A stretch of 64,000 bases of DNA from Candidatus Stramentimicrobium fermentans (GTDB lineage Bacteria; Atribacterota; Phoenicimicrobiia; Phoenicimicrobiales; Stramentimicrobiaceae): contig JAAYOB010000023.1 of the NCBI GenBank assembly GCA_012520575.1, positions 21,572-85,571 on the forward strand, written 5' to 3'. Each line of letters opens with the position of its first letter. The first letter of the stretch is position 1. The position numbers were made by a program, and so were the translations under genes. The notes beneath the pieces were generated by a model. It saw only the letters and a list, made by a program, of their open reading frames with translations. It had not been told where the DNA came from and did not search any database. Positions 9,724 through 18,099 of this stretch are shown in pieces.

Positions 9724-10458
9724 TTACCTAATCACATTAATCCGGGCTCCCGCAGTCAGAGAATTGTATTGTACTCTAATATTTCTTAAACCCGGCGACT
9801 CTGGAGCTGTATAGATAGTCTCCAATCCAACCTCTGGTACCAATTCACCAACCATGCACGGTTTACTCCATACTGTTAATTTTTCATCTAAAGGTACTTC
9901 ATTAACTGAAAATAAATCATATCCTTTTACTATAAAAGATAATTTTTCCCCTACCCTTAAGGTGGCTTCTATCGGCACAACAGCAATAGAAAAAAGCTCC
10001 TGCATCTCATAGTTTACAGTACAATAGAAGGGATTTTGACCTTCAGCAGGTAAAATGTTTCCTGCTTCATCTTTAAAGCGAACAAATATATTTTTTATAC
10101 CGGAAGTTCTTACTGTACCAAAATATCCATTGGCAATGTTAAATTGGTCATATTTTTTAGAAAATCTAATCCATTCAGACCAATCTTCACCATTACCGCT
10201 AAAGGACATGTATTCAATATCGTCTTCCTCGACCAATATTTCCATCTCAGGTGTGCAGTCTTTTATAATATCAGGGCTACCCTTAATAGATAAAAAATTT
10301 TTGGTACCACTATCACCCTCAACAGCACTATTGCTGTGATCATCTGCATTATGGTAGGAAATAAAAGGATATTGCTGACAGGTACAGATAAAAAAGGGCG
10401 TTGAAAAGCATATAAAAATGACAATCAATTTTTTAAAAACGAATGGATATTTCTTCAT
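9724..10458 (-). CDS. Exported protein (possible lipoprotein) with a C-terminal Ig-like domain
   Basis: MKKY..hydrophobic..ICTC N-terminus; C-terminal SIAVVPIEATLRVGEKLSFIVKGYD..VWS resembles 8157..8582; start uncertain (TTG 10494 is the alternative). Confidence 0.6.
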   Translation of the reverse strand: MKKYPFVFKKLIVIFICFSTPFFICTCQQYPFISYHNADDHSNSAVEGDSGTKNFLSIKGSPDIIKDCTPEMEILVEEDDIEYMSFSGNGEDWSEWIRFSKKYDQFNIANGYFGTVRTSGIKNIFVRFKDEAGNILPAEGQNPFYCTVNYEMQELFSIAVVPIEATLRVGEKLSFIVKGYDLFSVNEVPLDEKLTVWSKPCMVGELVPEVGLETIYTAPESPGLRNIRVQYNSLTAGARINVIR

Positions 10459-10636
10459 GCAACTTATTATATAAGACCAAAGTATTATTAGCAAGTATTC
10501 GTTATAAGTATTCCATACCTGATTGGTTATAGTTACAGGGTGCCATTTTAAGCAAAGCAGCTTTCAATCCCATGAATATGACACGGATAATGTTTAACAA
10601 AATTGATTAAACAGATTTTTGTATTTTGCATTCTCC

Positions 10637-10685
10637 ACAATAAGGAAAGAGAAAGATTTTAAAAATCTTTCTCTTTCCTTATTGT
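10637..10685 (-). terminator. Perfect 49-bp palindrome, probable terminator or processing hairpin after the Cys-rich lipoprotein gene
   Basis: 24-bp arm ACAATAAGGAAAGAGAAAGATTTT and its exact reverse complement, separated by 1 nt. Confidence 0.65.
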
Positions 10686-10774
10686 TATTTCTAATTCAAT
10701 ACTATATTGTTTAGTTTCTAATTTAATGTTTTTGTAATAATATATAGTATTACCGCTTAATTGATTAATCTACT

Positions 10775-11776
10775 CTAATCGCAACAATTCCCTGCAGGAA
10801 GACAAGTACCAATGACTCCATCTGCTGTTGCACCGACAACACAGGAGGTATCAGTTGATTCTGTTTCCCAAGTGGTACATGCACAATTCAGTTTATCCGC
10901 ACAGTATCTTGTTACTGTAACCGCACATCCTGTTTCCCCTGTTTGTGTCATGGTAGCATAATATTCTACTTCATTTCCTACATTATCAACTAAAGTAGCA
11001 ATAACGTAATAGAGTATTTTATTATTTGTAACGTTTCTAAGAGGTAAGCAGCTTGTTTTTGTATCTATCGGACAATCAGTTCCGCTGTCAGACCAGATGG
11101 GGTCATAACAAGTTGTGGCACAGCATTTGTCAAAGGGATTTTTATTATAAATAGCAATTGACCAGCCAGCCAATCCGGAACAATCATCACCGCAGCATTC
11201 TGCATCTGCTTTACAATCTTGTGAAGTTACCTGGCTCTTAAAGGTGAATTCACAATCTTCACATTCACAATCAGCTCCCTTTACTTCAATACAGGCAAAT
11301 GGTGGCAAGCAATCTACGATAACCGGTACCTGGATGCAGGTATCTTCATCACATTCCCCGGCTACTACAGTAACATAGGATGCACAGCATTCACTTGTAA
11401 GATTGCAGCTATCTGGGTCGCCGCAAGGAGTACAAGCAAATTTGTATTTACCGGACCAGACGGTATTATCCTCATTGGGCCATAGGACTATCTGAGTGCC
11501 AGAGGTTGGTTGTTTGCTATAATCACCAAGACAATCACTGACAAAAACACGGGCGTTAACTACCGGTTTCGGGAAGGTAACTGTAATATCATGGTTACCA
11601 CCGGAAACATAATTTTTTCCACCAATTTCAACGGCACCGTCTATTTCGACCACAACTCCGTCAACTGGATCATCGGGATCATCGGGATCTGGTCCCGGTC
11701 CCGGGGGTAAACAGCCGACAAAGAGAAATGCGGTCAAGGCTGCGATTAAAAGTAGTACTAAAAATTTCTTATTCAT
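10775..11776 (-). CDS. Cysteine-rich lipoprotein (31 Cys in 333 aa), unknown family
   Basis: AAGGAG RBS before ATG 11776; signal MNKKFLVLLLIAALTAFLFVG-C; Pro/Asp linker; many CC, CxC and CxxC motifs; ends GNCCD. Confidence 0.85.
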   Translation of the reverse strand: MNKKFLVLLLIAALTAFLFVGCLPPGPGPDPDDPDDPVDGVVVEIDGAVEIGGKNYVSGGNHDITVTFPKPVVNARVFVSDCLGDYSKQPTSGTQIVLWPNEDNTVWSGKYKFACTPCGDPDSCNLTSECCASYVTVVAGECDEDTCIQVPVIVDCLPPFACIEVKGADCECEDCEFTFKSQVTSQDCKADAECCGDDCSGLAGWSIAIYNKNPFDKCCATTCYDPIWSDSGTDCPIDTKTSCLPLRNVTNNKILYYVIATLVDNVGNEVEYYATMTQTGETGCAVTVTRYCADKLNCACTTWETESTDTSCVVGATADGVIGTCLPAGNCCD

Positions 11777-11967
11777 TAAGAATTCTCCTTCCATTTTTTT
11801 CAATGAATTATGTTTTTTATTTTTCCATGGATTTTCCTGAGAAATTAATTAATTCCTCTTTTTCCGGCTTCTCTGCTCTTCAGCTGTAATTTAAAAGTAT
11901 TTTACAGATAAATGCCGTATGTCGACCTCATACAGGCTAAGATGCCAGCTTTTATATACATTTTTGT

Positions 11968-11997
11968 ATTTTATATTACCTTCCCTTTAAATGTCAA
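11968..11997 (-). promoter_or_regulatory. Sigma70-type promoter of the Cys-rich lipoprotein gene
   Basis: TTGACA-N18-TAAAAT about 190 bp upstream of the ATG. Confidence 0.65.
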
Positions 11998-12180
11998 GTA
12001 TTACAATCAAAATCCAAGCGAAAGTAATTTTCAGTTATCGGTTAGGGACCACAGGTTTTCAGGTAAAGAGTGCAGGTTAACAACCATTTGTCACCTGTGA
12101 ACATTTTTCTTTATCTACGCTCAACTTAAAAAACTATTTAGATAGCTGATTAATCTATTTTCAAGGTACGGATACTAATA

Positions 12181-13185
12181 CTATTTAAAGGGCGATGAGC
12201 CGCTTTCATTATCAGCAGATGTATCTCCACTGCCGGAAGAAAAGGGCGATGAGCCGCTTTCTCCCGCGGGAGCGGCAGGACCGGAGCCGGAAATAATGCT
12301 GCCGTAAGAGGCCGGAATATCCGGACTTGCCGTGATATTTCCGGTACCGTCTGCGTAAGTATCATGGGAAGATGTACCGGATGAAACTTGAACAGCGATT
12401 TGTGCCGTGATAAGGTCCTGTATATTCATACAGATATTTTCCATACTATTCCCGTTATCCAGCGCTTGATGAAATATGGTTTCCAATTTATCGCTACCGA
12501 TGCCTAACTCTGTGGCTCTCAGGCTAAGGCCGGCCAGCTCTTTGGTAACTTCTTCCACTTCTTTCCAGCTTTTGCCCTGTTCGCTGCTTATTTCCAGGAC
12601 CCGTTCCAGTGCATTTGAAGACACACCGTTAGCCAGAGAATCGGCTAAAACATCGATTATCTCTTCCCGTTTTTCATCCGAGAGCTGCTTTCCGGCTAAA
12701 AGGATTTGGGCGGTCTCCATATTTTCCAATTTCCGGTTCAGTACCTCTATGATGGCTTTTGCCTCTACGTTTTTGACTAAACCTTCTTTAACCTTATTGA
12801 TAAGGGGCTTTTCCGAGATACCGATGTCTTTGGCTGAAATGGCGGTATCTAAAAATTTCTTTACATTGTAGGGATCCACCTTATTATCGATACTCGCCTT
12901 TATGATGGATAAGGTGTCTTCTTCCGAGATACCTTTTTCTATTGCCTCCCGGGTACTGTTTGCCACCATTCTCTTTTGGAAGTCGCTATAAGAAGACTTT
13001 TCCAAATATTGCTCCAATTGTTCCAAATCAATGTCATCTGCCGGGGCAGAAAAGGCCGGGAAAATTAGAAACAAAAAAAGAAATAGAGAGATTAACAGTT
13101 GAACGTTCAGCTTAGATAATATTCCGTAACCCTTATTCTGTTTTCCTTTTATTTCTTTTTTCATAGTGTCTTTAATGTCTTTCAT
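12181..13185 (-). CDS. Secreted, mostly helical hypothetical protein with a Ser/Gly-rich tail
   Basis: Signal peptide ending PAFSA; repetitive helical segments (EKGISE, DIGISE, ANGVSS); tail with duplicated ESGSSPF. Confidence 0.7.
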   Translation of the reverse strand: MKDIKDTMKKEIKGKQNKGYGILSKLNVQLLISLFLFLFLIFPAFSAPADDIDLEQLEQYLEKSSYSDFQKRMVANSTREAIEKGISEEDTLSIIKASIDNKVDPYNVKKFLDTAISAKDIGISEKPLINKVKEGLVKNVEAKAIIEVLNRKLENMETAQILLAGKQLSDEKREEIIDVLADSLANGVSSNALERVLEISSEQGKSWKEVEEVTKELAGLSLRATELGIGSDKLETIFHQALDNGNSMENICMNIQDLITAQIAVQVSSGTSSHDTYADGTGNITASPDIPASYGSIISGSGPAAPAGESGSSPFSSGSGDTSADNESGSSPFK

Positions 13186-13322
13186 CTTACATTCCGTTTT
13201 ATTTCACTCTGTTTTTGGTTTTTCTAGGTTTTCGGTCTTCGGTTGTCAATGTCGGTTTTCGCACTCTCGTATATTTTTACACTCTTAAACTAACTGATTA
13301 ATGGATTAGCGATACCGATTAA

Positions 13323-14003
13323 TCAATTGCAAACACATTTGCTGATTTCCAGAACCGCATTCTTATTACCGAATCCGTCATTAACATATTGGTATGCCGA
13401 CGGATCGGGCACCCATTTCTGCCCGTCAATAATAAACATATACTCATAGCGCCCCGGCTCTAACTTCAGAGTAGTAGTCCAGAGGCCGTCGTGGTTAACA
13501 TCGGTGAGCGGATTTCGATTGGGATCCCAGTCATTGAAGTCGCCAACTACGGCAATACTCTGTACTTGAGTGGCGTCCGCTCTCATGGAAAAGGTAATAT
13601 CGGTTAGGCCATCGGGGCAATACTGTTCTACCGGGTGGAAAAATGCATTATAGCTGAATAGAACCGCCACCAGCACCATAGTAACGGCGGCTCCCCATTT
13701 TAAGGAGACCCGGGGTAGAGCCAGGAGGTTGCTTATTCTCTCCAACCAGCCCGGAGCGGCTGTTTGCTCTTCCCGTTCAATTTTTTGCATAACTCTGCCC
13801 GTAAAGTCGGGAGACGGCTCCTCATCCAGCAAGGAGAAAGAAGCTAAACTATGGAAAAGCTCCTGCCAGCGGGCAAATTCTTTCTGACAGACAGGGCAAG
13901 AGACAAGATGTTCTTCTATCTCGATCTTCTCCTCTGCCGAAAGCCGGGCTTCCAGGTAATCCTCTATATAGTTTTGAATGTTTTGACATTCTTTTTCTTG
14001 CAT
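13323..14003 (-). CDS. Zinc-finger (ZAS) anti-sigma factor with a TM helix and a C-terminal CBM48/AMPK-type glycogen-binding domain
   Basis: EEHLVSCPVC (HxxxCxxC); TM WGAAVTMVLVAVLFSY; VVGDFNDW..GLWTTTLKLEPGRYEYMFIIDG..WVPDP..DGFGNKNAVL. Confidence 0.88.
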   Translation of the reverse strand: MQEKECQNIQNYIEDYLEARLSAEEKIEIEEHLVSCPVCQKEFARWQELFHSLASFSLLDEEPSPDFTGRVMQKIEREEQTAAPGWLERISNLLALPRVSLKWGAAVTMVLVAVLFSYNAFFHPVEQYCPDGLTDITFSMRADATQVQSIAVVGDFNDWDPNRNPLTDVNHDGLWTTTLKLEPGRYEYMFIIDGQKWVPDPSAYQYVNDGFGNKNAVLEISKCVCN

Positions 14004-14135
14004 TATCGAGTATACTTAAGGGCTTTCTCCCCTTAAAAACTCCTTTAATTAATATTTTCCAGATATTGTATCTGATTTAAAACTTTAGAAATATGAAGTT
14101 AAGAAACTACTTTTAAATTCTACCTTCTACTTAAT

Positions 14136-14163
14136 GATACGGAAGAATTGAGAGAATGTTACA
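14136..14163 (-). promoter_or_regulatory. ECF-sigma-type promoter upstream of the anti-sigma gene
   Basis: TGTAAC-N16-CGTATC, matching the AAC/CGT signature of Bacillus SigW/SigX/SigM-type promoters. Confidence 0.6.
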
Positions 14164-14205
14164 TGGATTGTTTAAATATTAAACAAATAAAATTTATCCC
14201 TCTAT

Positions 14206-14832
14206 TTATTCTTTATTTTCCTGTTCCTGTTCCTGTAACATATCTTTGAGCTCTACTCTGGCACGGTGCAAGCGCACCTTCACGGAATTCAGAGTGATAT
14301 TAAGAATTTTAGAAATTTCGTAATAGGAAAGGTTTTGTATATGACGCAGAATAATAATCTCCCTATGGGAAAGCGACAAGGCGTTAATGGCTGACTGCAT
14401 GGCAAATCTGTTCTGCTTGCGAATCTGCCGCTCTTCAGGGTCTTCAGCCAACTCGGCAGAGTTTGGGTATAGCGGACTCCCTGCCTCTTGATAGTTTTCG
14501 GGCTGAGCAGAAAAAGATGCGGTCAAATCCTGCTTTCTAATCCTATCGCGAATGGTATTAAGGGTAATCTGATAAAGCCAGCTGGAGAAGGAATAAGAAG
14601 GCTTATATTGGTGCAGTGAGCGGTAGGCCTTTAGAAAAGACTCCTGGGCGATGTCTTCACTGTCATGATAATTAGCGGTCATGCGCAGCGCCAGCTGATA
14701 GACCATATTCTTATATTTCTCCACTAAATAGGCAAAGGCATCACTGTTTCCGGCCTGACATAATTCTATTATCTTAAGGTCATTATCATGAGTGTGAGCG
14801 GCATTAAAATCCAAGCGATTTTTTATATTCAT
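14206..14832 (-). CDS. ECF RNA polymerase sigma factor (SigW/RpoE-like)
   Basis: Region 2 DSEDIAQESFLKAY..FSSWLYQITLN; region 4 LSYYEISKIL..SVKVRLHRAR. Confidence 0.93.
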   Translation of the reverse strand: MNIKNRLDFNAAHTHDNDLKIIELCQAGNSDAFAYLVEKYKNMVYQLALRMTANYHDSEDIAQESFLKAYRSLHQYKPSYSFSSWLYQITLNTIRDRIRKQDLTASFSAQPENYQEAGSPLYPNSAELAEDPEERQIRKQNRFAMQSAINALSLSHREIIILRHIQNLSYYEISKILNITLNSVKVRLHRARVELKDMLQEQEQENKE

Positions 14833-14883
14833 CTTATCGATTTTCGATTTCGGTTTTTCAAGTTATTCTTAAGGATTTTCTTC

Positions 14884-16134
14884 TTAGGGTTCGGGAGGAA
14901 AATGCTCATTAATAATCCTATCGATTCGTTCCTGAGCCAATGCTCCCATTTGTGTAGATTCTCCCCAGCAAGTACTGTTTGGGTATTGGTCAACAATTAT
15001 CTGATAGGTGTCGAGGGCTTCCTGCCACATTGCTTTCATTTCATAGCAATACCCGATATAAAAATAGGCACAGGGGGCAATCAATCTATTGTTATCATCC
15101 GGCCATTTAGCTGAAGCATAATTGTTGACGGCATTCTGAAAAGCAAGCAGGGCTTCATCATAGTTTGCCAAATTTTTACAATATATTTCTCCAATGAAGT
15201 ATTGAGAAGCAGGCGTATAAATGCTATCGGGATAGAGGTCTATTACTCTTTGAAAACCTGCAATAGCTTCATTATAATATCCCAATTCCCTGTTGCAGAG
15301 GGCAATTCGGTATTGCGCTAAAGGGGTTATATCGCATAGGGGATAATCATCAATAACTTTCCGGAATTCAGATATGGCATTAACGCAATCTCCGGTCCGG
15401 TAATAACAATTACCTATACCTAAACGGGCGAAGGCTGCCCAGGGACTATCGGGATAATGGAAGAGAAGGATGGAATATTCATCCCTTGCAGTAATATAGA
15501 GCCCATTCAGCTCGTAGATATAGCCGATATGATATTGAGCATCATCAGCCCAGGGGCTGTCAGGATAATCGGCGAGCAATTCTTGAAAAGTATTCAGGGC
15601 TTGCTGATATTCTTTCTGTTCCAGAAATTTATAAGCTGCATCATAGAGGGCAGTATCTTCCTTTGGTATAAGCACAATCGGGTCACCGAAATGTACTTGA
15701 TTAACAGTATTCGGCTCGATATAGACATTGAGTAATTTTTTGATAACATATCCCTCTTTGATAACGGTGAGAGTCCTCTTACCGGAGGGTGCTTCATTTA
15801 ACAGGAAGTATCCGTTCCGGTCAGTGTAAGCAGTATTGGTAGAACCGCTGATACTGATTAAGACATCGGGAAGCGGGGTGGTGAAATTACCGTCTCCTAT
15901 TTGTCTGTGTACCACTCCCTCTAAAGTGCCGAATTGGGAATTAAAGAGATTGCAGCCGCTTAAAGTGAGGGATAGAAGGATGAGTAATAACAGTGGTGAG
16001 AGTACCGGTAAGGGCCGTAATGAAAAAGGGACTGCTGAAACTAATCTTGATAACTTTGCTTTGTAACTTTTTGTTTTTATTTTTGTTTTTATCTGTTGAT
16101 CTTTTCTACCTTTTCTATTGTATGAAGGAATCAA
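14884..16134 (-). CDS. Lipoprotein with a carboxypeptidase-regulatory-like beta domain plus TPRs (BamD/CpoB-like)
   Basis: AAGGAG-7nt-TTG; lipobox LSGC at residue 61; TDRNGYFLLNEAPSG; repeated YPDS.WADDAQY-type TPR units. Confidence 0.8.
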   Translation of the reverse strand: MIPSYNRKGRKDQQIKTKIKTKSYKAKLSRLVSAVPFSLRPLPVLSPLLLLILLSLTLSGCNLFNSQFGTLEGVVHRQIGDGNFTTPLPDVLISISGSTNTAYTDRNGYFLLNEAPSGKRTLTVIKEGYVIKKLLNVYIEPNTVNQVHFGDPIVLIPKEDTALYDAAYKFLEQKEYQQALNTFQELLADYPDSPWADDAQYHIGYIYELNGLYITARDEYSILLFHYPDSPWAAFARLGIGNCYYRTGDCVNAISEFRKVIDDYPLCDITPLAQYRIALCNRELGYYNEAIAGFQRVIDLYPDSIYTPASQYFIGEIYCKNLANYDEALLAFQNAVNNYASAKWPDDNNRLIAPCAYFYIGYCYEMKAMWQEALDTYQIIVDQYPNSTCWGESTQMGALAQERIDRIINEHFPPEP

Positions 16135-16480
16135 TACTGTTCTCCTTTTATTTATACTTCTCCGGGATAAGCATAACTACACAACTAAGCAATTATTATA
16201 TTATATTTTTGTATTTAGTTTTTCCGGGATAATCATTTGCCTATATAATCTATGAATTGACAAAGCTGAACAATATTTTTAAGGTCTTATATACCCCATC
16301 CCGATTCCAATCTATTTCTGAATATTAATGAAACAAAATATCATATCTACAAAGCCGGTAATGGAAACCGATTTTTTTCAGGCGAACTTCATAGGGGCAA
16401 TATGATTTCATCTCTTAATATTATCACAACATGGTATTTTAACTCAATAAGCGCATTATACCAGAATAACTGGTTCTGCT

Positions 16481-17398
16481 TTAATACTTTTTCAATTCTT
16501 TTCGAGCTAATTGTGCCATTTCAGAATCCGGAAATTCGTTCAGGATAAGCTGAAAATAATGTTCGGCTTTTTCCTTTTCCCCTATTTTAGCATAAGAAAG
16601 CCCTAAATGATAGTAAGCAAAAGCACTCCTGCGTCCCCGTTTGAGATAAGTCAGGAAGGAGTCTATGGCACTTTGATAGTCTTTCTTCTGAAAATATATC
16701 CAGCCCATCTGATAATGAGTATAGGTCAGATAGGGTTTTTCCGTTAATAATTGTTCATAGATAGCAAGTGCTTTTTGATATTCGTCAATTCCGGGTATCA
16801 GACTGCGTATCTGATAGATATAGGCGAGCCGCAGATAGTCATTGGTATGGTCCTCATCCGGGCTTTCTTCTATTCTCTGGGAATACTTTTCAATGGCTGT
16901 ATCGGAAACAGGATAAGCCTGGCGAAAATATCTGGTTGCCTTAATGGCATCATTCTTTCGGGCTGCCTGCTGACCCTGCTGGAAATAGGATTGTCCTATG
17001 TAATAGTATATTTCCGGATTATCAGGGTCCTCAGAGATACATTGCTCCAGCTGATCTATTGCTTCATCATATTTTTGTTCAAAATAAAGCTCCATACCCA
17101 ATTCTAAGCAAGTGGGACTGCTATCTTCTTCTATTGCTATTGCCGATGAGGTCCCCCGTTGGGCGCGGGCTGAAGATTCATCGTCTTGTGCCTGAGCTTG
17201 GGCATCAATAGATAATGAGCTGCAGCTGAGTACCATAGATATATATACACCCATTAGTACCACTAAGGGGAAAATCCGGATAGAACGAATGGAATGAGTC
17301 GGAACTTTTGATACTCTTGTTCTGATTAAAACAGACAGCATATTACCAACTTTCCGAATAGTATTTCCTGACAGTTTTAGGTCCGGTTTATTCATCAA
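16481..17398 (-). CDS. Exported tetratricopeptide repeat protein
   Basis: Hydrophobic segment/VLSC after a long basic N-terminus; TPRs (YYYIGQSYF, YYHLGLSY); C-terminal FPDSEMAQLA. Confidence 0.78.
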   Translation of the reverse strand: MMNKPDLKLSGNTIRKVGNMLSVLIRTRVSKVPTHSIRSIRIFPLVVLMGVYISMVLSCSSLSIDAQAQAQDDESSARAQRGTSSAIAIEEDSSPTCLELGMELYFEQKYDEAIDQLEQCISEDPDNPEIYYYIGQSYFQQGQQAARKNDAIKATRYFRQAYPVSDTAIEKYSQRIEESPDEDHTNDYLRLAYIYQIRSLIPGIDEYQKALAIYEQLLTEKPYLTYTHYQMGWIYFQKKDYQSAIDSFLTYLKRGRRSAFAYYHLGLSYAKIGEKEKAEHYFQLILNEFPDSEMAQLARKELKKY

Positions 17399-17469
17399 TA
17401 AGTATGTTATACATTATTATATCTTAAAAAGTCAAAAATAGATAAATGCTGTGAGAAGAAACAGGGTGA

Positions 17470-17553
17470 GGCTGCTTTAAAACTAATTTGCTTTCGCTCT
17501 GCCAGTAGCAATAATCAATCCAGCTCTTTCTTCCCAAAGTAAAGTAATCGCAT
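17470..17553 (-). pseudogene. Remnant of a Txe/YoeB-family toxin
   Basis: TAATG overlap with the antitoxin stop. Correcting a 5-bp duplication (AAAGT x2, 17536-17545) and a 1-bp deletion gives MRLLWEERAWIDYCYWQSESKLVLK; homology then ends. Confidence 0.7.
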
Positions 17554-17815
17554 TACTCTTCCTCAACCAAGTCATGCTCACTAAGTTTTGCTCGCCCTTC
17601 CTTTATATCTTTAATAACCTGCTCCAAATACCTAATATTATTTTCAGAATAAAAGGGATTAGCAGAAATCTCAAAAGGTATTCGCTTTTCACGGGCTACT
17701 TTTTTGGCAAAAATAGTAAAGGCAGCTGTCAGAGAAAGCCCTAAATCTGAACAGACCTTTTCCATATTTTTTTTAAATCTTTATCCATTCTAAAATTAAC
17801 CATTGTTTTTGCCAT
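17553..17815 (-). pseudogene. RelB/DinJ-family antitoxin, frameshifted in an A8 tract
   Basis: GGAG RBS; MAKTMVNFRMDKDLKK, then a frameshift in the 8-A run (17767-17774) into MEKVCSDLGLSLTAAFTIFAKKVAREKRIPFEI..PFYSENN. Confidence 0.8.
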
Positions 17816-18099
17816 AAACTCTACTCCTCTCCTTGTGATTTTAATTTATCAAGGTGTAAAGCATTTATCAAGCATATTCCTTATACCAATACTAATGCGG
17901 CACGAAAAATGCTTTTCTTTTTTCCGGTCATCGCGAGAACTGTTGAAAACAGTTTGCGGTGAACTCATACTCTGCTGCCTGCATGGAAGAAAATAATTTT
18001 ATCTAAAAATATTTTATGCTATACTAATGGATAATCTTTAAATATTACATTAAGTTTAATGAATAGCTGCAACAAAAAATACTAAAAGGGAAGCAACTT

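Noticed and set aside
10775-11776. Multiheme cytochrome or polyferredoxin
   Set aside because: No CxxCH and no CxxCxxCxxxCP motif
11825-11890. Glycine riboswitch-like words (GCTGAAGAGCA, TTCTCAGG) in the Cys-rich gene leader
   Set aside because: No upstream GGAGA element or P1 stem, and the gene context is unrelated
12150-12365. Fluoride-riboswitch-like GGCGATGAG repeat and the 71-aa overlapping ORF
   Set aside because: The repeat encodes ESGSSPF twice in the 12181..13185 protein; the ORF is an alternate frame
17927-17965. GTCATCGCGAG hairpin, and GAGATTGCCGC..TTCGCAAGGAC at about 31318, as mobile-element ends
   Set aside because: Only degenerate REP-like halves; no transposase or target duplication
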